A DNA stretch of 62,928 nt, the filler included, from Olpidium bornovanus S191 (taxonomy: Eukaryota > Fungi > Olpidiomycota), in assembly GCA_017911155.1 (NCBI GenBank). It is 34 parts of 34 records of this genome, joined end to end, with 100 filler letters (N's around TTAATTAATTAA, not from the genome) between each part and the next. Parts side by side here need not be neighbours in the genome. Positions count along the whole stretch, not along the records: positions 23,078 to 26,025 come from JAEFCI010005005.1; positions 26,126 to 27,593 come from JAEFCI010007990.1; positions 27,694 to 29,518 come from JAEFCI010007700.1; positions 29,619 to 31,376 come from JAEFCI010010297.1; positions 31,477 to 32,886 come from JAEFCI010012687.1; positions 32,987 to 35,243 come from JAEFCI010002151.1; 28 more parts are not named here. One strand, given 5' to 3'. Position numbers and translations under genes: made by a program. Positions 23,196-35,343 of the stretch are shown here, piece by piece (position 1 is the first letter of the stretch; every line of letters starts with the position of its first letter). Under the pieces are notes generated by a model. It searched no databases. It had not been told where the DNA came from and worked only from the letters and a program-made list of their open reading frames with translations.

Positions 23196-23841
23196 AAAAA
23201 AAAAAAAACAAAAAAAAAAACAAAAAAAGCACATTTTCCAACCCGCGAGCCGGTTTAAATCCGGCTTTCCGCGTGGACGTAAAGGGTGTGGACGGTTAAC
23301 CCCCCGCTCGGACGAGTTTTTTCAAATTTTGCCCTGGCCCGCCCCACCCAGGCCCACCTTGGCCGCCAGCTCTTTCTTCTCCTCCCTCCCCTGGGCTGCC
23401 CACCGTTTGGACCGAGCGAGAGAAAGAGACGAGAGACAGAGGGAGAAATCACCAAAAAAAAAAAATAAAGTAAAATAAATAAAAGAACCGAAACAGGCCG
23501 GTGACTTCCCCCCCCTCCAACTCGCCCCCCTTTCCTTTTTTGCAAGAGGCGACGAGCAACAAGTCCGCAAAACACGTGCGCCGAGTGGTCGCGGCCGGGA
23601 TCGCAAACGCCCCTTCACCTTCATTCCCCCCCCCCCCTTCCCCCTTCCGACTCCGTCCATCCGAGAAAACCAAAGAATTTCTCCTCCGCGGCAAGGTCAA
23701 GTTCTTTTCTATTTTTATTTTTTTTATTTTTTTTATTATTTTTATTTTTTTATTTTTTTATTTTTTATTTTTTTATATTTTTTTGCGACACGAAGACAAA
23801 ACAGGACCCCGCGTCCAATGCCTCCGGAACTCGAATCGCTT

Positions 23842-25599
23842 TCACGCGGCCGACAGACGCCGGAGAGCGTCGTCTGCGAGGACCACCGCGTCGGGGATGT
23901 CGCGCTCGTCCGCAAAGGTGCGCGCCTTCTTGTACCACAGCTTGGCGCCGGCATGGTCTTCGGTCAGCTTGGATTCAGAAGAAGAAGAAGAAAAAACAAA
24001 AAAAAAAAAAAAAAAAAAGAAGCAAGGACGTCAGCCGAATAACCCGTGTTGACAAAGGGTGCACGTATCCCGGCGTGCCCCATCCCCGTCCGTCCTCACC
24101 TCCCGGATCATCCCGGCGTTGAAGAGGAGCGCGGCGCGCGCGTGCGCGCACTCGCCGTCTTCTCTTCGCCCGGCCATCTCGAGCCCCTTGGCGACCCAGG
24201 CGCCGGCATCCTCGAAGCGGGCGAGGCCGACCATCGCCTCGGCGACGTTGTTGAGGAGCACGGCGGCGCGGCAGGGGTCCGCCTTCGTGTCCACGAAGGA
24301 GAGCGCGCGGAGGAACATGGGCACGGCGAGGTCGTACCTGCCCCTCGCGCGCGCGTAGAACGTCCCCAGCGCCTCCACGCACGCGCCGGCGTCCGCGGGC
24401 GTCGTCCACGACGGGTGCGCGAACTCGCGGGCGTCCGGCCCCTGCCGCGCCGCCGCCATCTCGTTCAGGCGCAGGACCTCCGGGTCGCCGAACAGCCTGC
24501 GCACCGACCAGGTCAGGTACCGCTCCGCGCCGTCCGCGTCTCCGGTCTGCTGGCACAGCTCGCCCAGGCGCTGGGCGATGCCGAGCGCGCGCGACAGCTT
24601 CGTCCCCGGCGGGGCGGGGCCCAGGTCCGCGTTCGGCTCGAGCTCGGCGGGGTCCGCGAGGAGCGAGAACGCCCGCCGGTACACGTCCGCCGCGTCGTGC
24701 AGCAGGCCCTTTAGCGCCAGCGTGTGCGCGAGCTGGTCCATCACCCCGATCACGTGCGGGCTGTCCGGGGTCAGCTCCGGGGGCGGCGAGGGGTCCGCCA
24801 GGAGCTCCTCCAGCGCGGACTCGAACGCCTCGACCGCGCCCGTCAGGTCGTCGTAAACGTCCCGGGCGCGGAAGCCCTGCCGGAGCTTGCGCTGCACGCT
24901 CTTCGGATATTTGCGCAGCTCCGGCGTGATCAGGTACCACATAGCCGTGGCCGCGAGGAAGCCGACTGCCGTCTGCGAGAGCGTTTCGAGAAAGCAACGA
25001 GGTCTAAATCCAGCGGGAGAAGAAGCGATCCGCCTGGTTTCCAAGAGAAACCCTACTCCCACACCCCCAACCCCCTCCTCCCGGTCCAGGTCGCTTTTTT
25101 GGCGCCCGGCCGACGCTTCCGTGGCGCTCTTGCGACTCACCGTGCCTATCAGGTACTGGAGGAAGGTCAGCAGTCGCGACCGCCGCGCCTCCCGGGTGTA
25201 CATGGTGGCGAAGCGCCGCGTTCCCCGCCGTCGACCGCAATTGTCAGGAACAGGCAACGGCGCGCGAAGCGCGGGGCCGCCGCCGCCCCTTTGCGAGGTC
25301 CCGGCGGGACAAAACCGGGGTTTCCCCGGCCGGCGGGACGGCGGACGCGGGGCCCGAAGCGCTGCGGCGTCCGGCGGGAGACCCGGAGGAGCGCGCGGAG
25401 CGCTCGTCAACCGGCAAGCCGGCGCGGCGGCGGCGGCGGTTGCTGCGGCCGTCCCGAAGCCGCAGCAGCCCGGCGCCGCGCCGGGCAGGCGGCACCCGAG
25501 AGCGCCCAAGCGCAGTGCGCAGGACTCTGCCGCCGCCGCCGCCGCCGCCGTAGCCAGGCGGGAAGGAAAGCGCGGCGCCCTGGGCGGAGCCGTCATCAA
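23842..25599 (-). CDS. TPR-like protein, probably Mgr3-like mitochondrial inner-membrane protein
   Basis: An Ala/Arg-rich presequence-like N-terminus precedes helical TPR-like repeats (AERYLTWSV, YDLAVPMFLRAL, CRAAVLLNNVAEA, LLFNAGMIRE). The last exon ends DDALRRLSAA*. Confidence 0.6.
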
Positions 25600-25977
25600 T
25601 TTGCGCTCCCGGATGGACGTCCGTTGGTTTCTCGAACGGGCGGGACCGGCTGAGGGGTTTTTGGCGCGCGTCGGCCGGTTTCAGCGCGAGGGATTTTTTT
25701 TTTTTGTTTGTTCTTTAAACTTCGCGCCGGGCACCCCCCTTTATTGAATTTTTTTTAAAAAAAAAACAAAGAGAAGGAAATCTCGCGCTCGCGGCTGCTC
25801 CCTGAGATTTGGCGGGTTCCGTCCCGGCCGCCGAATCAACCGAGGACGAACGCTCGTTTCAACCGCTTCAAAAACGAGCGCAGCAAGTTCCGTCCTGTCT
25901 CTGTCTCCGAGAGCGGGCGTGAAATGGGCCCGGGGAGGGGGAGTGAACAGCATCGAAAGCGCGTCTCGCCGGGCGGG

Positions 25978-26025
<48 letters not shown>

Positions 26026-26556
26026 NNNNNNNNNNNNNNNNNNNNNNNNNNNNNNNNNNNNNNNNNNNNTTAATTAATTAANNNNNNNNNNNNNNNNNNN
26101 NNNNNNNNNNNNNNNNNNNNNNNNNCATGGCGTCACTCTTGTCTTTGTGTCCCGATCCCATCTGGTGCAACTTTGATTGCCAATCGGAAGATTGCAAGTA
26201 ATACCATAAGCAGGACGTCACGCGTCTCGCGTTCCCAATCGCAGCCGTTGTTCCTCCGACGTCTTGTAGGCGCCAAACTTGCTCTTTTGTAAGGAGATGT
26301 GCTCTTCCAATTTAATTGCGTATAAAGCGACTTTGATGCCCAGACGAGCGCTCGACCCTATATGTCTGAAGTAACATATGAGGCGTATTGTTCTGCCGAG
26401 AAGTTATGTACTGTACACATGAGGTGTATTGTACTGCGGAGAGGTTACAATTTTGAAGTCATTTTTTTTTGCTGTTAAATGAATAAATTACGAGTTTTTG
26501 AGTTGGGGAGTTTGTTGGAGATGGTTAGGTTACAATGAGTGCACTATTTACACTCT

Positions 26557-27055
26557 TGTCAACGGCAAGCGTCCTTAGCCTTGCCGAAGACATTGTCTGG
26601 AGAGGGAAAGGCAGAGGAGAGAGGTTTGGCAGGCGCGCGCGTGGCGCGCGTCGCCCATGGTTGCGCCGTGGTGGGCGCGGGAGTTTTGCGGCAGGCGGGA
26701 AGGAAGGGTTTGACGGCAGAGCCACGTGTGGGGATTATGCTGAGGGGTTGTTTTGTGATATTCGCGGGTTACGTAGCCCGCACCTGTCCTGCCGGGCGTC
26801 TCCCGGGGACAATCTCCAAAGGCCCCGCCAGCGCGCACCCCGCGCCCCGCACACTCCCCGTACTTCCCGTTGTCGACGACCGCGGGAAGTCCTGACAGCC
26901 GAAGTCCGCGGGCTCGTTCCACAGCCTTGTAGAGGGAGGGGCGGCGCCTGCCGCTACGCCTTCCTGGGGAGCAGGCTGATGGCGGCGGAAAACGTTTGAG
27001 TTCCACCGGCCTAGAGCCCCGGGCTTGGAATGTCCCTGGGCCCCCTGCTGTGACA
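26557..27055 (-). mobile_element. Probable 3' LTR (about 499 bp) of a chromovirus-type Ty3/gypsy element
   Basis: TGTCA...TGACA terminal inverted ends, about 280 nt downstream of the chromodomain ORF. Confidence 0.55.
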
Positions 27056-27332
27056 CGGGCGTGTTTACCCAATGTCAATCAGGAGGCCGGGCTAGGGGGC
27101 GTGCCGGGGGCGGACGGGGTAAGTTCTTATTGACTTGTCTTCCTTGCCCTGGAGCGGGTCATTGCGCTGGCCGGCGGGGGTGCTGTAAGGGCGCCCCGCC
27201 AACCCGGACTTTTCTTAGGCGCAGTTTTACGTCATGTCGGACGTCCGGGTTGAGTAGCAGGTTTATGACCTGCTGAGGTCAAGCGTAGAGGTCTTGTAGA
27301 GACCTTGCGGGGCCGGAAAGCATTTTAGCGAC

Positions 27333-27593
27333 CTACTCAGCTTCCACGGGTTTGTCCGTTTCGGTGAGAAAATTGCGCAAGGCCTGTCGGGCGCCACAGA
27401 CATGTTCGGCGGGTCCCCACGTGCCCTCGGAATCGCCGTAGCCCTTCCAGTGGATGAGATATTGGACTCGTCCATGGCGGCATCGGCATCCGAGCACCCG
27501 TTCGAGTTCGTGTACATCACCCGCCTCTTTTTGTGTTGGCCAGTGGAATGACCTAGGGAAGTGTGAGCACAATTCTCTTGAGAAAAAGAATGG
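27333..27593 (-). mobile_element. Chromodomain, C-terminus of a chromoviral Ty3/gypsy integrase
   Basis: HELERVLGCR...VQYLIHWKGYGDSEGTWGP, intronless and followed by an LTR-like sequence. Confidence 0.8.
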
Positions 27594-27693
27594 NNNNNNN
27601 NNNNNNNNNNNNNNNNNNNNNNNNNNNNNNNNNNNNNTTAATTAATTAANNNNNNNNNNNNNNNNNNNNNNNNNNNNNNNNNNNNNNNNNNNN

Positions 27694-29266
27694 CATGTCA
27701 AGGCTCGCGCTCGCCGCGGTTTCCGGCCGCGTTTTTGGCCAGCTCCGCTGGGTGGACGGCCGCGAAACATCGGAACCCACATCGGTGGTTGGGCGTGACC
27801 TGGTACTATCCTCGGTAGATGGTTTCTGCTCGTCGGCTAAATTATGTCCTGAATGAACCGCATCTGGTGTCGCGGGAGCCTCTTTACCGGGACCGCTCGT
27901 CGTGGCCGGGCCTTTCGTTCTCGCAGCTTGTCCGGTGGCTTCCTCTACTTCCTTCTCAAAGCTCACCGTCGGCTTCGGTGTCTCATTGAGAACTCCAACC
28001 GGCTCCACTTTCACTATTCTGCCGATGGAAAACGTCGTGATGCTCGTCGCGCTCGCTTGTGTTTCACCTGAGACCACGCTGGTTTGCCAGATTTCTGCGA
28101 ATACGCGCCAAGTAACAAAATAGTCGGAGTCGACGCTTAGAACGGACGGAAGTCAATCACAGATATACGAACAAACACTTATATTAGTTCGCTAACCTAT
28201 TACACCACCGCTTGTCACTAGCATATACGTGTCGGACTTTACCGCGTCCACAAAGGTGGCAGTGCCAAACCCTGTAAAAATGTGGTACGCAAACTTCGGC
28301 CCTTCTGTGAAGGCACAATATGCATATCAGTCTAAGGACGAACAACCACGACGAAGCACACGAAGCGGAAAAGAGCTCTCCTCACCTCCAACTAGTCGCT
28401 GTTGCTCCTTGGAAAGTTTCTTGGTGTTCGCAATGGCGGCTTGGAGAGCCTGCTGGCTCTCGGCCCGGACCTGCGCCCGCTTCTCGTTCTCCACCTGCAC
28501 CGCTGCGTTGTGCCGGCGGAGCTCTTCGCGGGCTTTTATGATCAAATCCTCAATTGGGTCGCCGGTAGGCAGGGCAAGCGTCATATCGGTTGAGAACAAC
28601 TGGGCCGCATTCTGGTGAATTCTGCCAAGCAGAACGCTTTCTTTGTACTTCTTTTCCAAAGCCTTTCAACGGCGAGCGAAACCGTGGGCCGATCCAGGAC
28701 GCCCGGTTCCGCACGTCAGCGCAAATCTCTGCCGCCGCGCACAGTCAGGCTTGGCACCGAGTAAACCGCCAAGCCCGGGGAGGCCCCTTCGAATTGCTGA
28801 CCTCCATGTTCGCCTGCGCGTTCGCGATCGTCTGCGCCAGCTTCCTGAGCTCGTCATCTACACGAACTGATCTGTCGTTGAAGTTGTACGGCGGGTGCTG
28901 CAGCGTCTCCATCAACGCCCTGAGCCTCTCCGCCTCGTCCTCTTTCGTTCTCGCCCTTCGCTTGGCGCCCACGGTGACATTTCCCCCCGCCGTCGTCGTG
29001 CCGCCACCCGCACCTCCCGGATTCCCGGGTCCCGCACCGCCCGCAACACCTGCTGTGCCCGCGGCGCCGGACTCGGCCGCCGCAGATGGTAAGGGCCCGC
29101 TCCCGGGCGTAGCGAGCGCCGCCGGGGCTTTTACTGGCATAGTTCCGTGCGCGGTGGCGTGGATCGATATCAGGCCCTTTCGAATAGTTCCGTGGCGCGA
29201 AAGCTTTTGAGGCGCGTGCGCTCCCCGCTCCGTCTCCCCCGTAAACGCGTCGTGAGACGCCCCCAA
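27694..29266 (-). CDS. Uncharacterised multi-exon coiled-coil protein fragment
   Basis: Successive ORFs with heptad-like segments (DDELRKLAQTIANAQANME; KAREELRRHNAAVQVENEKRAQ) separated by GT-AG-like introns. Confidence 0.5.
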
Positions 29267-29736
29267 AGATGTCGACCTGCCATCTCGTTAGAACCCTTCT
29301 TATGGTGAAAAAGCCACCTCACAGCGCAGAAAGCCTTTTTGAGCAAACAAAAGCGAAGAAGAGGATGAGGAGGAGCGTCGGTTAGCGGTTCGGCAAAAAA
29401 GATTGAGACTTAGAGCGAGGGATAAAGGAGAAGTGAAGGAGCGGAGTTCGGCAATCGGGTTTGGGAGTACAAAGTTGCTGTGCTGGAGCAAAGATCCTTC
29501 ACTTGTAGATATGGCTGGNNNNNNNNNNNNNNNNNNNNNNNNNNNNNNNNNNNNNNNNNNNNTTAATTAATTAANNNNNNNNNNNNNNNNNNNNNNNNNN
29601 NNNNNNNNNNNNNNNNNNCCATGCAGGTTGCGGCGTTGCGGTGCAGAGTTGACGGTTCTTGGTTTGTTTTAGTTTTGGACTGGGTTGCGGAGGGGCGTTC
29701 AGTTTTGTTTACGCCCACCGTGGGGGGGGGGGGGGG

Positions 29737-29785
<49 letters not shown>

Positions 29786-29915
29786 TTTTTTTTTTTTCCC
29801 CCCGGGGGGGGGGGGGGGGGGGGTGATGGCTGGGCAACCCTGCTGGGCTACCTTGCTGGGCTGGCTTTGGACTTCCCGAAGGCAAGCCCGAGTCCCAGAA
29901 GAAACTGCCATTCAT

Positions 29916-30034
29916 ATGGTATCACCGGTGATACCATCCTATTCGAAAGTGGTCGATAGGATCTGTCACCGGTGATACGGGGTCATCGCTGAGCTTCCAT
30001 ATCACCGGTTCTTTGACGGCCGTATCACCTGTGG
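29916..30034. repeat. Cluster of palindromic/half-site GTATCACC(GG) motifs, including a perfect 22-bp palindrome
   Basis: ATGGTATCACCGGTGATACCAT at 29916-29937, TCACCGGTGATAC near 29966, TATCACCGG near 30000 and GTATCACC near 30022. Confidence 0.85.
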
Positions 30035-30265
30035 TTTGACACCCCCTATTGGATAAATGACTTTGGCAAAAAAAACCTCCCATATCTCAACTTCCTCCCG
30101 AATCAACTGCATTGAAACCGGCTTCGTTTACTCTTTCAAACTTATTTTGTTTGACCCAATTTGATTAAATTCTGCGGATGATCTGATTCTGGTCTGCCCG
30201 ATATGCCAGCAACTGTGGGGTGACGTCTATGTACTAGATCTCAACGACGGCATGGTGGGTTTAAT

Positions 30266-30370
30266 CCGGACTTCTCTCCAAAATGGATTCTGGTTTTTCC
30301 CCGGACTTTTCTCCCAAATGGATTCTGGTTTTGCTCCAGACTTTTCTCCCAGATGGATTCTGGATTCAAT
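30266..30370 (+). repeat. Three tandem copies of a 35-bp unit
   Basis: Units start at 30266, 30301 and 30336, with consensus CCGGACTTTTCTCCCAAATGGATTCTGGTTTTNCN. Confidence 0.9.
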
Positions 30371-32986
30371 GGAGCATTTTTCTCTTCGTCAAGCCCGCCC
30401 CTTCCTCTTGTCGTTCCGGCGCAGGCCGCGCGCGGGGGTTAGTGCGCGGCGAACGTGTCGTCCGTCTCGACAGGATCGTCAATCATCCTTAAGGCCGTGA
30501 TGACGTCCAGACGCGCCTCCAGCATACCGGGCCGCCCAGGCCGACGCGTCTTTCACGGGAACGGGCCAAAACTCGCCGGCATGGGAGATGGTTCGCGTGT
30601 GCCGGCAGAGGTGCTCGAAGAGATATGGCCAGCTCCAGCGCGTCCTCGGGGCGATTGCCCAAAATTTTCGAAGGACGCCTGGACGCCAATCGCCCCGTCG
30701 TTCAGGCTAAGGCCGGCAACGCTGCTCCCCGTTGTGCACGCGCCTTGGCTGCTGTTCGAGATCGACGGTTTTCGATGCCGGGCAGCTCTGCCCAGAGAAA
30801 CGTCCGGCGCCGGGGTTGCCGCCCGCCGCGGTTTCGTTCAACGGCACGGGCGGGGCGGGGCGGTCCGAGCCGGCCGGCGAACGCGGCGGCTCGAACGCTC
30901 CGGCGCGCATAACCAACAGCGCCGGCGCGCGGGAGAAGGAAAAAAAAAACGCCGCGGAAGCCGGTAAGAAAGTCGCTTCGCGGCCGACGTCCCGGGGATC
31001 TTCCGGCGCGGGCGGTTCCGGCCGTCGCGCCCCGCCCCGCCCCGGGGGGGGGTCGCCGACCCCCTCTCGCTTGAGCGAGGTCCCGCACCCGTCGCCTGCG
31101 TCCCGCGTCAAGGACCGCCGGCTGCTCCGCAGGACGGCAACCCGGCCGCGCGGGCGCGCGCCCGGCCGCTCGGTCCACACACCCCGACGTGGATATCGCG
31201 GGCCTTTTATGCGCGTGGTCACACCCGTTTCGAGAAAGTCTGGGGCCGCGAAAAAACGACGGTTCAGAAGGGGGGGGGGGGGGGGGGGGGACCGGCACAG
31301 AGCGGGGGGGGCGGGCGCGGGGGCGCGAGGCCACACGCACAGGGCGGGCGGCCAATTGCGGGCCGGGGGGGGGCGGNNNNNNNNNNNNNNNNNNNNNNNN
31401 NNNNNNNNNNNNNNNNNNNNTTAATTAATTAANNNNNNNNNNNNNNNNNNNNNNNNNNNNNNNNNNNNNNNNNNNNCCCCCGGGAAGAAACGAGAGCGCG
31501 GGAGGCCCTCGCCGTTACACCCGAAGCCGCGGAGCTCGCCGTTCCCGGAACGTCCCGCTGCGTTCGAGAGGCTGCGCAAACCCCTCGCCCTCAAAACCAG
31601 CCTAATTTTCCGTGTACCCGGGGTCGGCCCGCTTTTTCGAATTCCATCTGCTTTTTGCTCGCCGGCCCGGTGCTGACGCGCCTGGCAATTTCCCGCAGAC
31701 CTAATCCTCGCATGTGATAGAAAGCCCGCTTTTTCGGATCCCCCCCCCTCTTTTTGTTTTTTCCTTTTCCCTAATAATTAGATCCTTTAACCAAACGCAG
31801 CGTCGGCGTATTCTCCCATACGTTGTTCGCTTTATTTGTAACATAGTACCCAAAATCGGTAATATTCGGCGGCGGTATACCCATTACTCCCTTTACTGTA
31901 TTACTTTGTTTTTTGTTTCTTGTTTTTTTTTTTTTTTTTTTTTCCGTTTTGAACCACACGTTTCCGGCGTGCAGTTTCGTCTTATACTTTTTCTTCGCCC
32001 CGCCGACTTCCTTTTACACACTTACCAATACCTCTTCCCCCTCCTCCCGTCGGCGCAAAAATTCCCGGGAGGCGGACAGGAAAGTTGCGCATCGAGTTAA
32101 AAAAGAATGCAATATTTAAAAAAACTTCCGAAACCGGCAAACACGCGCCCGGCGGCGCGAGAGCGAGTTGAATTCGCGCGCAAAAAAAAAAAAAAAAAAA
32201 AAAAACAAAAAAAAGTCCCCGTGGACTTTGGAGAAAAAGAAAGGGAGTGCTTTTGTTTACGTACACGAAGAAGTCACGCGGGTTCTGTTCAACGTCCCCC
32301 GTCTTTCGCACGGTACAACACACTGCGTGTAAAAAGGGGAAAGAAACGATTGTAAAACAGAAAAAGGGTGAGAGAGAGAGAGAGGGAGAGAGAGAGAAAG
32401 AAAGTAAGAGACCGGGCGAAAAAAAAAAAAAAAAACAAGTTCGAGTATGTGAGAAGAGCCGGGGAAAGAAAACGGAAAAAAAAAAAAATAAACGAACGGG
32501 CCTTGATCAATAACGTTTCTCGACTCTCGGCAAACATGTGCAGCGTGGCCCAGAGCCGAAGATCGGCACCCATACGCGGTCACAAAACCGCCTCCCCGCT
32601 CTCCGCAAAAGCAAGAAGAAGGGCGGCGCAGCCGAAACTGAAAAAAGTCGCGAAACTGCGTGGACCCTTCTTCCCCCCCCCCTTGCCCTTTTGTAAAGAA
32701 TCCGCGTGGAAATCCTCTTGTCAAAATCGCCTTTCACCCCCCACAACAAGAAAAAGGCATCACAAACCACCCCGTCAAAATTTCCCCGTCGAAAAATCCC
32801 CGTTTCTTCTCAAGAAAATTCTCCCGTCGGAAGAAATCCTCGTCCCAAAAAAAAAAAAATCCCCGTCAAAACTTTCCCTCTAAAAANNNNNNNNNNNNNN
32901 NNNNNNNNNNNNNNNNNNNNNNNNNNNNNNTTAATTAATTAANNNNNNNNNNNNNNNNNNNNNNNNNNNNNNNNNNNNNNNNNNNN

Positions 32987-33097
<111 letters not shown>

Positions 33098-33255
33098 GGG
33101 GGGAGAGCAGCCACCGCCCCCCTGCCGCGCCCCATCTTTCCCTCTTCGAAAAAAAAAAAAAAAAAAAAAAGAAACCACCTCCCGGAAAGAGAAAACGACC
33201 CGCGCTGCGGACCCCGGGCGGCGGCCCGAACACCCCTTTCCGAAACAGAGCCAAC

Positions 33256-34605
33256 ATGTTTGCCGAAGCGTCGTCCGCCGCGGACCTGTGCTGCCGCCTC
33301 CTGATGCAGAGGACCCTGCTGCGCGAGCAGCAGCACCTGTCCAGGAAGAGCAGGGTCGTCACCCTGAGGAAGGCCGCGCCGCCCCCCGCCGCCGCCGCAG
33401 CGAGCCCCCCCCCGACCGGCCCGGCGGCGGGCGGCGCGAGACTCGCCGCAGCCGGGCCCGAGGGGCCGGCGGTGCGCTTCGCCCTGGCGGACCCCGCTTT
33501 GCCGTCCGCCGCGGAGGACGGAGGGAAACCGGATGGCGGGGGGCGGGAAGCCGCCGCGGAACGGGGGGAAGCACCCCCCGCGGAAGCCGCCGCGTTTTCG
33601 CCCCCCGACGCCTTCGACGTGTCCTTCTCGTCGTCCTGCTCCTCGGGCCGCTCGGAACCCGACTCCGCCTGCCCGCCCTTCTCGCCCGACACGTCCGGGT
33701 CGGCCCCGGCGGAAGGGGCGGCACCGGCCTCGCCGGCAAGCGCGACGCTGGTGGTGACCTCGGCGACCGCGGCCCCGCCCGAGGCGAGCGTCCCGCCGGA
33801 GCTGGTCGACCGCTTCCGGGCGGTCCTGGTCGAGCTTCTCCTCGAGCGCTGCCGGTCCTCGAGCTGGGACCCGCGGTACCCGATGCTGGGCAACGCCTAC
33901 AGGGCCGTGTCGCGCCTCTCGCCCGGCTGCAGCATGGACCAGATGCTCCTCAGGGCCGCCGAGGAGGCCGGTTTGGACGCCGACGTTCTCAGGGAGTGCC
34001 TCCCGAGGGACTTCGTCATCTGGGTGAGTGTCGGGTGGCCTCGGTGACGGCGGGCGGCGGGCGCGCGCGGCGCCCAGGCGACCCCAGGGCGCTCGCCGTT
34101 TTTTTCGCCGGATGTCAGCGCGTTTTGCCGCCGGTTTTGGGACGTTCCAAGGCGACCGTGCTGAACTCTTCTCCTCACCCGCCACCCCCCGCGGCCCGCC
34201 GCGTTCCCCCGACAGATTGACCCCGGCACCGTCTCGTACCGAGTGGGCGACCACGGCGCGACGATGACGCTGATGGACCAAGGCCGCGTCATCCCGCCGA
34301 CGACGACGCCACCCTCGGCCGTGGCGACCGCCGCCGACGCCGGCGCGCACGCGCCCTCGTCCGCCCCGCCGTCGAGACTTCAGCTGCCGCTCCCGCGAGG
34401 GGCCCCGGTGGTCAGGGGGTTCGCGGTTTCCGCGACTCCGCGGCCGCAGCAGCAGCCCAAGCCCCTGGCGGTGAACCCGTACGCCGCGCCGCGCGGTTCG
34501 ACCTCGGGGCCGGCGACGCTTCCGCCGCATCAGGCGGGGGGCCCGTGGTCGGCGCCCCGAGCGGCGTTCCGGTTTTCTGAACAGGCGCCGCCGGCAACCG
34601 TGCGA

Positions 34606-34642
<37 letters not shown>

Positions 34643-34884
34643 GGGAGCCGGCGAAGAACGCCATGGCGGTCCCGCCGTTATCCGGCTCCCCGCAACACCC
34701 GGCGGCGGGTCCGCCGCAGCCGGTGCCGGTCCACCGGGTTCATTTCGGCCTGGCCCATCCCCACACTCCCTACGGCGGCATCTTCGCGCATCAGCCCGAT
34801 CCGGCCGCAGTCAAGATCTCGAGCCCCCCGGCGTCACCGCCCCAGACGGTGTCCAAGCGGCCCGCGTACATCATGGCCAACTGA
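33256..34884 (+). CDS. BTG/Tob family protein with Pro/Gln-rich C-terminus; exons 33256-34023, 34216-34884
   Basis: RFRAVLVELL...SWDPRYPMLGNAYRAV...DQMLLRAAEEAGLD...LPRDFVIW/IDPGTVSYRVG matches the BTG domain (WyPxxPxxGxxyR; LPxelxxWiDPxxVsyriG) and the splice is in frame. Confidence 0.85.
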
Positions 34885-35343
34885 GGGCGCCCGATCCCGC
34901 CCCGCGGACGCGAGCTCTGTCAAATTTAGCTGTCTCCCAATACCTTTCCCCCTTTCCCCCCTTTCGTTCCCCAATTTCGCATCTGCCAGTGCCAATGTTT
35001 TTTCATGCTTTGTTATCCTAACCGTCCTTCCGTCCAACCTTAAATTCTTCTCTGTTCTTTTTTTTTTTTTTTTTTTTTTTTTTATCTTTGCCACGCGAGT
35101 CGGATGTGTCGCGATCGCCTCCCCTCCCCCCCTTCCCTCTCCCACCTTTCCCTTCTCCACTTTTTGTTGTTTCATACACGGCCGAACATTCCCTCCCTCC
35201 CCCCAACCCCTTCATGTTTCTTTCGGTCCGATCCAAACGGCATNNNNNNNNNNNNNNNNNNNNNNNNNNNNNNNNNNNNNNNNNNNNTTAATTAATTAAN
35301 NNNNNNNNNNNNNNNNNNNNNNNNNNNNNNNNNNNNNNNNNNN

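Noticed and set aside
29916-29937. Resemblance of TATCACCG to the phage lambda operator half-site
   Set aside because: The spacing and symmetry differ from the 17-bp lambda operators and there is no phage sequence nearby, so it is treated as coincidence.
30266-30370. 35-bp repeats as a CRISPR array
   Set aside because: The units are directly adjacent with no unique spacers, in a eukaryotic context with no cas genes.
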